Part shown: piece by piece, positions 23,421 through 31,522 of the stretch
Layout of the letters: every line of letters begins with the position of its first letter
How positions within the stretch are numbered: the stretch's first letter is position 1
From: an uncultured Verrucomicrobiae bacterium
GTDB taxonomy: Bacteria > Verrucomicrobiota > Verrucomicrobiia > Limisphaerales > Palsa-1400
Direction: 5' to 3'
Length of the DNA stretch: 64,000 bases
NCBI GenBank assembly: GCA_963702845.1
Contig: OY969763.1
Span: 1,440,001 to 1,504,000 of the forward strand
Made by a program: the position numbers and the translations under genes
Notes under the pieces: generated by a model
Database searches by the model: none
Seen by the model: the letters and a program-made list of their open reading frames with translations, nothing else
Told to the model about the DNA's origin: nothing

Positions 23421-24794
23421 TTATGGCGCTTCGTCCTGAATAAAGGTTTGAACTTTAAAACGGCTTGCGACGAAAACAAAAACGACGGCTGCCACAACCA
23501 TTAGACATCCAAAGAACAGGTAGTATTCTGCTCCCTCTAAAATAAGTTTGCCATTTACCTTGTTGAACTTATTCACCAACGCCGTGAAGAGATTTCCCAT
23601 TGTTACCGCGCTCAACCAAACGGCTAGCATCAGTGACTTCAGTTTCTTGGGCGCTTGCGTGTAATAAAATTCCAAACCGGTAATTGAGATTAGAATTTCC
23701 GCCGCGGTAATAAAGAAATAGGCCAGCACGTGCCACCAGGCGCTTGGGGCGAAGCCTTGAGTAATCCGATGTTCAACCCAAGCCGTAATAAAAAAGGAAG
23801 GGATCGCCACGATAAATCCCAAAGTCATCTTTCTTAATGGTGTGACTGTAAAAAATCTATTGAGGTACGGATAAACAAAGTAAGAGAAAACGGGAATGAA
23901 CAGCACAACGAAAATGGGATTAATCGCTTGTAGTTGCGACGCCAGCCAAACGTGGCCGAAGATTTGGCGATCCATTTTTTCTGCCTGAAGTACCCAAGCC
24001 GATGAGCTTTGGTCAAACAATGACCAGAAAATCGCGACAAAAATATTCAGCAACAGAAGCCGGCCGATGACGCGTAATCCAACCGGACCGACTGCTTCTT
24101 TCAAGAACGATGTTCCAGCGGGAGGGATGTGGACGAATTTGTTGCGGCCAATCCAAAAAACGCCCGTCGCCAGTAACATTAGCACCCCCGGGATCGCAAA
24201 CGCGAGATGCGGGCCTTTGTCATTTAGCACTACGGGAATCCAAATTGTGGAAATCGTGGAGCCCAAATTGATGGCAAAATAGAACCAACTGTATACTCGT
24301 GGAAGAAGGCTTTGGTTCGACGCGCCAAACTGATCTCCAACGTGTGCGGACACGCATGGCTTGATCCCGCCCGCGCCGAACGCAATTAAAGACAGCCCAA
24401 CAAAAAGCCCAGTACGGGTTGCGTCCAGAGCCAAGGCGAGATGTCCCAAACAGTAAACCAAAGAGAGGATTAAGATGGTTCGATACTTGCCGAGAAAGGC
24501 ATCGGCTAGAATTGCTCCAAGAAACGGCAGAAAGTAAACGCTTGAGACAAACAGGTGATACCAATACTTGGCATCTGATTCATCCATTACTTCCAGTGCA
24601 CCGTTTCGCCCCAACAAATAATGCGTCATGAAAACGACGAGAATCGCTCTCATGCCGTAATAGCTAAACCGCTCCGCTCCTTCGTTCCCGACGATGTAGG
24701 GAATGCCGGTCGGCATCCGATCTGATTTGACGGGAGCCGTCAGGTAGCCGTGTTTGGCGGCGTAGCGGCGGAATGCTTCGACGGGGTTGAACAC
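23421..24794 (-). CDS. POT/PTR family proton-dependent oligopeptide transporter
   Basis: NEGAERFSYYG, GGIKPCVS, FYFAINLGS and GLEFYYTQAP motifs. Confidence 0.93.
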   Translation of the reverse strand: MFNPVEAFRRYAAKHGYLTAPVKSDRMPTGIPYIVGNEGAERFSYYGMRAILVVFMTHYLLGRNGALEVMDESDAKYWYHLFVSSVYFLPFLGAILADAFLGKYRTILILSLVYCLGHLALALDATRTGLFVGLSLIAFGAGGIKPCVSAHVGDQFGASNQSLLPRVYSWFYFAINLGSTISTIWIPVVLNDKGPHLAFAIPGVLMLLATGVFWIGRNKFVHIPPAGTSFLKEAVGPVGLRVIGRLLLLNIFVAIFWSLFDQSSSAWVLQAEKMDRQIFGHVWLASQLQAINPIFVVLFIPVFSYFVYPYLNRFFTVTPLRKMTLGFIVAIPSFFITAWVEHRITQGFAPSAWWHVLAYFFITAAEILISITGLEFYYTQAPKKLKSLMLAVWLSAVTMGNLFTALVNKFNKVNGKLILEGAEYYLFFGCLMVVAAVVFVFVASRFKVQTFIQDEAP

Positions 24795-24800
24795 GGGACA

Positions 24801-24894
24801 AATTAAGAATTAACAGTTGCATTAAAAAGGCAAAAGTTCCGCGCAACCTGTGTCGCGCGGAACTTGTTAAATTTTGCCTTCTTAGTTCTTAATT
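24801..24894 (-). terminator. intrinsic terminator of the ylbF-like gene inside a longer nested inverted repeat
   Basis: AAGTTCCGCGC/GCGCGGAACTT core; outer arms AAGGCAAAA/TTTTGCCTT and AATTAAGAA/TTCTTAATT. Confidence 0.7.
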
Positions 24895-24897
24895 GAA

Positions 24898-25305
24898 TTA
24901 GTGGCAGCCGCAGCCAGAGCCGCAGGAGCCGCCTTCAAAATCTTTTTCTTCCGGCAAACGGCCGAGTTCGAAAGTCTTGGTGAGATATTTATTTACGGAA
25001 TCCTGCATCTCGTGCATTTGCTGTTGGGCTTCCACGAAATTTTTCGCGACAGGATTACTGAAGAACTTCTCGCGTTGCTTCTCGAACGCTTCGACTTCCG
25101 TGTTTTCAAGCTGCACGCCTTGTTGTTGCTTATGCTGCAGGTATTGACCTTTTTCGCTGAGGTCCTGGTACATCTGCTGCGCTTCGGTGTTGATCATGAA
25201 TTTGTCCATGTTCGCGCGGATGGTCTGAAACTCGGGCTGTTTCAAAATCGTTTCGCAAAGTTCGCGCGTCTTCTGGATCAACGTTTCATTGGTCTGTGTA
25301 TGCAT
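24898..25305 (-). CDS. YlbF/YmcA (Com_YlbF) family regulator
   Basis: Helical Q/E-rich protein with ELCETILKQPEF and NPVAKNFVEAQ; C-terminal GGSCGSGCGCH. Confidence 0.8.
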   Translation of the reverse strand: MHTQTNETLIQKTRELCETILKQPEFQTIRANMDKFMINTEAQQMYQDLSEKGQYLQHKQQQGVQLENTEVEAFEKQREKFFSNPVAKNFVEAQQQMHEMQDSVNKYLTKTFELGRLPEEKDFEGGSCGSGCGCH

Positions 25306-25446
25306 AAAGGTATATCAGTATCGGCGAGTGGCCGCTTTTTGGCAATCTGCCAGCAAGCCATGGCGGGAGCCAGTCGAATTATATAACGGAGCGGTATTCA
25401 GTGACTTGAAACCGTAAGGGGTCGCAACTCGCTCTCCTTACAAATG

Positions 25447-25516
25447 TGTAGGGCATTCCCCCTCAGGTAAAACCATGATTCACCTTGCAGACGCTTTTAC
25501 GACGCTGGTCTATTCT
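25447..25516 (+). promoter_or_regulatory. promoter of candidate sRNA copy 1
   Basis: TGTAGGGC...AAACC...TTGCAGACG-N17-TATTCT; same spacing as copy 2. Confidence 0.55.
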
Positions 25517-25522
25517 GGCGTC

Positions 25523-25571
25523 GCAGTAGAGTTAGTTTTCATAGGCGCCCCGGGTGGGGCGCCATTTTTTT
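25523..25571 (+). ncRNA. candidate ~50-nt small RNA, copy 1
   Basis: GCAGTAGAGTTAGTTTTCATA, then hairpin GGCGCCCC-GGGT-GGGGCGCC, then T7. Confidence 0.6.
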
Positions 25572-25719
25572 GCCCGCGAAGAGTTTGCTTTGGCCTGTTC
25601 ATGTTCTGGTTTGCATTCCGACTTCTGTTTGTCAGTTTCGAACATCAGAACATCTCGGGCTTGCTTCTACAGTTCGGTCAGGAGCCTCCATTAACAGGTC
25701 GTAAGGCCTGACCCGAGGT

Positions 25720-25789
25720 TGTAGGGCCAAACCTTCCAACACAAACCTCAGTTCCCCTTGCAGACACAATTTCCGCTCTTACCTATGCT
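25720..25789 (+). promoter_or_regulatory. promoter of candidate sRNA copy 2
   Basis: TGTAGGGC...AAACC...TTGCAGACA-N17-TATGCT, exactly 273 bp downstream of the copy-1 motifs. Confidence 0.55.
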
Positions 25790-25796
25790 AGGCAGC

Positions 25797-25843
25797 GCAG
25801 TAGAGTTAGTATTCACAGGCGCCCCGGGTGGGGCGCTTTTTTT
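25797..25843 (+). ncRNA. candidate ~47-nt small RNA, copy 2
   Basis: GCAGTAGAGTTAGTATTCACA, the same hairpin and T7; 39/41 nt identical to copy 1. Confidence 0.6.
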
Positions 25844-25963
25844 GTGTACGCAGCAGTCCGCGTGATTGCGCTCTCAGTGGCGGGGCGAAGATCAAAATAC
25901 ATTTGTGCAATAGCGCGGCGGGTCTACAATCGCCATCACACCAGAAGAATCGAACAAAAAAAC

Positions 25964-26923
25964 ATGAATCGTATTGCCTATTCCCTGCTTTGCGCGCTCG
26001 CATTCGCATCCACCGCATGTTTGGGCGGAGAACTGAATTTTTCACTCGCACCAAATTTCTTTGAACATGATCCCGATCACCAGCCGCTTGGCCCGTGCCA
26101 TGGTGGGGTGGTAATTGATAAGGCCGGGAACATGTATGTGACGACCGACACCGCGCGCGGCATCGTGGTGTTTACGCCGAAAGGTAAATTCCTGCGCGCC
26201 TTTGGTCCAAAAGGGCTTCACGGCCTGGAACTTCGGAAAGAAGGTGGCAAGGAATATATCTACGGGGCGCGCCCGGGGGACCATGAAGTCGTAAAGATCA
26301 ATCTAGCCGGCGAAACTCAATGGACGATCACTTGCCCGATGGAGTCAGGCATTTTTAAAGAAGCGAAAGATTTCCATCCGTGCGCGGTCACGGTCGGACC
26401 CGATGGCGCCATCTTCGTCGCCGATGGCTATGGATCGAACTACGTTCTGAAATTTGATAAAAACCGCAAATTCGTAAAGGCCTTCGGCGGTCCCGGAGAA
26501 GCGGAAGGAAAATTCAAAACGTGCCATGGAATTGCGCTGGACACGCGACTGAAAAAACCGCTCTTGCTCATTTGCAACCGCAACAACAATCGGGTCGAGT
26601 ATTGGGACCTTGACGGTAACTTCGTCAAAGTGATCCAAAAAGATCTCCGGATGCCAGCCGCCGTAAATATCCGTGGCAAGTACGCCGTGTTTCCCGAATT
26701 ACAGGGACGGGTCACCGTCCTCGACGAAAAAGGCAACATCGCCGCGCAAGTGGGAGACAATCCCAACGACAAACAGCGCGCCAATTTTGGGTTGCCGCCC
26801 GATCAATGGAAAGATGGGATCTGCAACTCGCCGCACGGAGCCTCGATCGACAAGGACGGAAATCTGATTGTTACGGAATGGAGCAAATTTGGCCGAGTGC
26901 AAAAATTCGTCCGGACAAAATAG
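25964..26923 (+). CDS. secreted NHL-repeat beta-propeller protein
   Basis: Signal peptide; repeated HG motifs, FVADGYGSNYV, FKTCHGIALD and SPHGASIDKDGNL. Confidence 0.82.
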   Translation: MNRIAYSLLCALAFASTACLGGELNFSLAPNFFEHDPDHQPLGPCHGGVVIDKAGNMYVTTDTARGIVVFTPKGKFLRAFGPKGLHGLELRKEGGKEYIYGARPGDHEVVKINLAGETQWTITCPMESGIFKEAKDFHPCAVTVGPDGAIFVADGYGSNYVLKFDKNRKFVKAFGGPGEAEGKFKTCHGIALDTRLKKPLLLICNRNNNRVEYWDLDGNFVKVIQKDLRMPAAVNIRGKYAVFPELQGRVTVLDEKGNIAAQVGDNPNDKQRANFGLPPDQWKDGICNSPHGASIDKDGNLIVTEWSKFGRVQKFVRTK

Positions 26924-27096
26924 GGCATTGCAGTCGAGGGCTAGACTGGAAACCGGAGCGGTGGGAACCTCGGTAACACTTATGGCACCCACCGGATAGG
27001 CGCGGTACCCGGTTTCGTTCTTGTTCTCTGCTTTGCGATGGAACGATGCGACCTTGCCATATTGACCTTCCGGCCAGATTTAATACGCTTCGCTGG

Positions 27097-27786
27097 ATGA
27101 TTATTGCGCCATCATTGCTCGCCGCAGATTTCACCGAGTTTGGCAAGGAAGCCGCACGTGTGGAAAAGGCCGGCGCCGATTGGTTGCACCTCGACATCAT
27201 GGACGGCCATTTCGTGCCGAACATTTCCTTCGGCCCGGCCGTGGTCAAAGCCATTCGTCCTTGCTGCAAAATGGTGTTCGACGTCCACCTGATGTGCACA
27301 CGTCCGGAAATCCTGCTCGAACCGTTTGCCAAAGCCGGCGCCGACCGCATCACCGTCCACGTCGAACTCGGCGAACAGGTTCCGTCTTTATTCTGGAAAA
27401 TCCGCAATCTCGGCAAAGAAGTTGGACTGTCGATCAACCCTCCGACCGCGATGGCCGCCGTTGAGCCATATTTAAAAGACGTCGATTCTTTGTTGATCAT
27501 GACCGTGAACCCTGGCTTCGGTGGCCAGGAATTCATCACCGAAACTTTGACGAAGGTTCAGCAGGCCTACGCCTGGCGACAGGAACGCGGGCTTAAATAC
27601 AAAATTGCTGTCGATGGCGGCATTCAATTCGAAACCGCCGCCGAATGCGCCCGCGCCGGAGCAGATACTTTTATTAGCGGGACGGGGTTGTTTGGGCAAC
27701 ACAGCTTGGCCGCTGCCATCAAAAAAATGCGCAAAATTGTCGAACGATCGGCTCCGATACAGGGCGAAATTCAGTTCAATCCCTGA
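27097..27786 (+). CDS. rpe: ribulose-phosphate 3-epimerase
   Basis: IAPSLLAADF, HLDIMDGHFVPN, DVHLM, MTVNPGFGGQ and VDGGI motifs. Confidence 0.96.
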   Translation: MIIAPSLLAADFTEFGKEAARVEKAGADWLHLDIMDGHFVPNISFGPAVVKAIRPCCKMVFDVHLMCTRPEILLEPFAKAGADRITVHVELGEQVPSLFWKIRNLGKEVGLSINPPTAMAAVEPYLKDVDSLLIMTVNPGFGGQEFITETLTKVQQAYAWRQERGLKYKIAVDGGIQFETAAECARAGADTFISGTGLFGQHSLAAAIKKMRKIVERSAPIQGEIQFNP

Positions 27787-27811
27787 TACCAATATCGCCC
27801 GAGGATTGTTA

Positions 27812-27847
27812 CTCACCACTGACGACAGACAACTGACCACTGATACT
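27812..27847. repeat. 7-bp periodic intergenic repeat
   Basis: CTCACCA CTGACGA CAGACAA CTGACCA CTGATAC. Confidence 0.6.
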
Positions 27848-29263
27848 ATGGCAGACATCAAATTTGGCACCGACGGCTGGCGCGCAGTAATCGCCGAAGA
27901 TTTCACTTTCGCCAATCTCGATCGTGTTACGCAGGCGACCGCTGATTATTGGAATGCGAACGTTAACGGATTCGGGCGCAAAGCGATCGTCGGCTACGAC
28001 CGCCGTTTTCTTTCGGACAAATTCGCGCTGCGCGTGGCCGAAGTGTTGGCCGGTAATAATTTTGAGGTTCACCTGACCGATCGTCCGACGCCGACGCCAT
28101 CCGTCTCCTACGGCGCGAAGGACCAAAAAGCCGTCGGCGGCGTGATGATCACTGCCAGCCACAATCCGCCAATGTTCAACGGGTTTAAGTTGAAGGCGTA
28201 TTATGGCGGTTCTGCCGACCCAACGATTTGCCAAGCAGTTGAAAAGGAATTGGACAAAACGCCAGCGAAGGAAGCGAAAGCCGAAGACGCCATCGCATCT
28301 GGCAAAATCAAAATCCGCGACATTCGCCCCGCGCATTACAACGCGATCAAAAAACTCGTCGACTTCAAACTCATCGCCAAAAGCAAACTGCGCTTTGCGC
28401 ATGAAGCTTTGTTCGGTGTCGGCGCCGGTTGCTTCGACGAAATGCTCAAGGGCACAACGTGTCGCGTCACTACGCTCAATGGTCGTCATGATGTTAATTT
28501 CGGCGGCATCAATCCCGAGCCGATTGCGAAGAATTACGTCACCAGTTCCGCATACCTCAAGAAGCACCCGCACGACATCTGTCTCGTCACCGATGGGGAC
28601 GCCGATCGCGTCGGCGGAATGGATGGTCGCGGTAATCCGCTGACCACGCACCAGATCATCTGCCTGTTGCTACATCATTTCATCGTCAATCGCAAAGGCC
28701 AAGGCCGCGTCATTAAAGCGCTGACCACCACGTCGATGGTCGACAAAATTTGCGCTGCCTACAACCTGCCGCTAACCGAAACCGGCGTTGGCTTCAAATT
28801 CATCTGTACGGAAATCCTGAAAGGCGACGCATTGCTTGGTTTCGAAGAAAGCGGTGGCATCGGCTACCCCGCGCTCATGCCCGAACGCGATGGCATTGCT
28901 TCCGGGATGATGCTCCTCGAGATGCTCGCGACGGAAAAAACTTCCGTTAACAAACTCCTGGCGCGTTTGGAAAAGCAATTCGGTCCGCATCGCTATGGCC
29001 GAATCGACACCGCCTTCCCGCTGGAGAAGCGCGGCGCGTTGATGGAATTCTGCAAAACCAAACCACCGGCAAAACTGCTGCGTTCACCCCTTGCCGATGT
29101 GAAAACGTTCGACGGCGTCAAATTCGTTGCGCAAGACGGAAGTTGGCTGATGCTGCGCGGTTCCGGCACGGAGCCGATCCTGCGCATTTACGCCGAAGCT
29201 AAATCCGACGCTGACGTAAAAAAACTTCTGCAGGACGGCGTGCGCATTACCAAGCAGGTTTAG
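27848..29263 (+). CDS. phosphoglucomutase/phosphomannomutase family protein
   Basis: FGTDGWR, TASHNP, DGDADR, FEESGG and RGSGTEP motifs. Confidence 0.93.
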   Translation: MADIKFGTDGWRAVIAEDFTFANLDRVTQATADYWNANVNGFGRKAIVGYDRRFLSDKFALRVAEVLAGNNFEVHLTDRPTPTPSVSYGAKDQKAVGGVMITASHNPPMFNGFKLKAYYGGSADPTICQAVEKELDKTPAKEAKAEDAIASGKIKIRDIRPAHYNAIKKLVDFKLIAKSKLRFAHEALFGVGAGCFDEMLKGTTCRVTTLNGRHDVNFGGINPEPIAKNYVTSSAYLKKHPHDICLVTDGDADRVGGMDGRGNPLTTHQIICLLLHHFIVNRKGQGRVIKALTTTSMVDKICAAYNLPLTETGVGFKFICTEILKGDALLGFEESGGIGYPALMPERDGIASGMMLLEMLATEKTSVNKLLARLEKQFGPHRYGRIDTAFPLEKRGALMEFCKTKPPAKLLRSPLADVKTFDGVKFVAQDGSWLMLRGSGTEPILRIYAEAKSDADVKKLLQDGVRITKQV

Positions 29264-29307
29264 CCTTCATTTCCAGCCCCCCTTGGGGAACGGTCAGGCC
29301 GGCGCGA

Positions 29308-29332
29308 TTTTGACGAATTTTTTACGTCAAAA
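29308..29332 (+). promoter_or_regulatory. probable KdpE-binding site
   Basis: T-rich 11-bp-period direct repeat TTTTGACG/TTTTTACG, which is also the inverted repeat TTTTGACG-N9-CGTCAAAA, upstream of the kdp operon. Confidence 0.55.
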
Positions 29333-29419
29333 GGCCCCATATTGATTACCCGTCAAAGCGCCTTCACACCACAGTGTCGTTGTAAGAGAAATCGATCGGC
29401 TTGTCCGGTCGCGAGACTT

Positions 29420-29503
29420 ATGACTGATCTTATTTTTATAGGCATTGCCGTCGCGTTCTTCGCCGTGAGCGGGCTTTACACGTGGCTTTGCGAAAAACTC
29501 TAA
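29420..29503 (+). CDS. 27-aa single-pass membrane peptide upstream of kdpF (absent from the ORF track)
   Basis: MTDLIFIGIAVAFFAVSGLYTWLCEKL; stop 5 bp before kdpF. Confidence 0.75.
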   Translation: MTDLIFIGIAVAFFAVSGLYTWLCEKL

Positions 29504-29508
29504 CATTT

Positions 29509-29592
29509 ATGGAAAACCTCATTGTCGGCGGTGTCGCCCTCGCGCTGTTCATTTATTTGTTCGTGGCAATGGTGCGGCCGGAAAAATTCTAA
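29509..29592 (+). CDS. kdpF: K+-transporting ATPase subunit F (absent from the ORF track)
   Basis: MENLIVGGVALALFIYLFVAMVRPEKF with the YL..A..RPEKF signature. Confidence 0.9.
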   Translation: MENLIVGGVALALFIYLFVAMVRPEKF

Positions 29593-29599
29593 GGACCTT

Positions 29600-31516
29600 A
29601 TGCAATCTTCAGGCTGGATTCAATTTGTCATCTTCATCGTTGCTCTGACGGCGATCACGAAACCGATGGGGCTTTATTTAATGCAGGTGCTCGATGCGAA
29701 GGGGCGGACGTGGTTCGACCCGGTGCTGCGGCCGTTGGAACGGTTGACGTATCGCGTCATGGGTGTGGATCCGAACAAGGAGCACGATTGGAAGCATTAC
29801 ACATGGGCAATGCTACTGTTTAGTCTGGTCGGCTGTTTGTTCACCTACGCGATTTTGCGACTGCAGCACCTGCTGCCATTGAACCCGCAGGGGTTTGGTG
29901 CGCTTTCGCCGGATTTGGCGTTTAACACGGCGGTCAGTTTTACGACGAACACGAATTGGCAGTCGTACTCCGGCGAATCCACCATGTCTTATTTGTCTCA
30001 GATGGTTGGGCTGGTATTCCACAATTTTACGTCTGCGGCGGTGGGCATCGCGATTGCGGCGGCGTTGGTGCGGGGGATTGCGCGGCATTCGATTAAGACG
30101 ATCGGGAATTTCTGGGTAGACCTGGTGCGCGTGACCTATTACCTGCTGCTGCCGATTTGCGTGGTGTTTGCGGTGGTGTTGGTGTCGCAAGGGATGATTC
30201 AGAATTTCAAGCCTTACACAAAAGCGAAGTTAACGGAGTCATTCACAATTCAAGTTCCGAAGACGGACGATAAAGGGCAGCCGGTGACGACGAATGTGGT
30301 GGTGATGGTGCAGACGCCCAAGTTGGACGCGCAGGGCAAGCCGGTTGTGGAAAATGGCGCGACGCTGATGGTGAATGTTCCGCAATTGGATGCGAAGGGA
30401 CAGCCGGTGATGACGAATATGCCGGTGATGGTGGACCAGAAGGTGGAGGAGCAAGTTATTCCGCAAGGGCCAATGGCGTCGCAGGTGGCGATCAAGATGT
30501 TGGGGACGAACGGCGGCGGTTATGCCAATGCGAATGCGGCGCATCCATTTGAAAATCCGACACCGCTTTCGAATTTTTTACAGATGTTGTCAATTTTTTC
30601 GATTGGCAGCGGGTTGACTTATTACCTGGGTCGAATGGTGAAGAATCAGCGGCACGGATGGACGGTTTGGGGCGTGATGATGGCGCTATTTATTGCGGGC
30701 GTGTTGTTGTGCTGGTGGGCTGAATCAGCGGGCAATCCGATTCACCAGCATCTAGGTGTGGCTGTGGCGGATGGGAATATGGAAGGTAAGGAAGTCCGCT
30801 TTGGAATCTTCAACTCTGCGCTGTTTGCCACAGTGACGACCGATGCTTCGTGCGGGGCAGTCAATTCGATGCACGATTCCTTCACTGCGCTCGGTGGGTT
30901 TGTGCCGCTATTCAATATCCAGCTCGGTGAAATTATTTTCGGCGGCGTTGGCGCGGGACTTTACGGCATGTTGGTGTTCGTCATTCTTGCCGTGTTCATT
31001 GCGGGGCTAATGGTTGGACGCACGCCGGAATATATCGGTAAAAAAATCGAATCGTATGAAGTTAAAATGGCGATGTTAGCTTTGCTGATTCTCGCCATCG
31101 ACATCCTTGTGTTCTCAGCCTGGGCATCGGTCAGTCAATCGGGTTTGGCTGGCCTGAACAACAATGGACCGCATGGGCTGAGCGAAATGCTTTATGCATT
31201 CAGCTCCGCCACTGGAAACAACGGCAGCGCGTTCGCCGGACTGACAGCCAACACACCGTGGTACAACACAACCCTGGGCATCGCCATGCTGATTGGCCGA
31301 TTCCTGATGATTGTTCCGATCATGGCGATTGCCGGGTCCCTGGCACGGAAGAAAGTCGCGCCCGCGAGCGCGGGGACATTTCCGGTTTCGGGTGGAACGT
31401 TTTTCATTTTGCTGACCGGCACGGTCATTCTGATTGGGGCCTTAAACTTTCTACCCGTGCTGACACTTGGCCCGGTCGTCGAACATTTCCTGACATTGCA
31501 GGGAAAACTCTTTTAA
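29600..31516 (+). CDS. kdpA: K+-transporting ATPase subunit A
   Basis: FNTAVSFTTNTNWQSY, KMLGTNGGG, SCGAVN and NNGSAFAGL; carries a repeat-rich insertion. Confidence 0.96.
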   Translation: MQSSGWIQFVIFIVALTAITKPMGLYLMQVLDAKGRTWFDPVLRPLERLTYRVMGVDPNKEHDWKHYTWAMLLFSLVGCLFTYAILRLQHLLPLNPQGFGALSPDLAFNTAVSFTTNTNWQSYSGESTMSYLSQMVGLVFHNFTSAAVGIAIAAALVRGIARHSIKTIGNFWVDLVRVTYYLLLPICVVFAVVLVSQGMIQNFKPYTKAKLTESFTIQVPKTDDKGQPVTTNVVVMVQTPKLDAQGKPVVENGATLMVNVPQLDAKGQPVMTNMPVMVDQKVEEQVIPQGPMASQVAIKMLGTNGGGYANANAAHPFENPTPLSNFLQMLSIFSIGSGLTYYLGRMVKNQRHGWTVWGVMMALFIAGVLLCWWAESAGNPIHQHLGVAVADGNMEGKEVRFGIFNSALFATVTTDASCGAVNSMHDSFTALGGFVPLFNIQLGEIIFGGVGAGLYGMLVFVILAVFIAGLMVGRTPEYIGKKIESYEVKMAMLALLILAIDILVFSAWASVSQSGLAGLNNNGPHGLSEMLYAFSSATGNNGSAFAGLTANTPWYNTTLGIAMLIGRFLMIVPIMAIAGSLARKKVAPASAGTFPVSGGTFFILLTGTVILIGALNFLPVLTLGPVVEHFLTLQGKLF

Positions 31517-31522
31517 TCGCGT

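Noticed and set aside
25475..25711. 78-aa ORF over the sRNA region
   Set aside because: It crosses a terminator, and the second copy has no equivalent start or length; the conservation pattern fits an RNA, not a protein
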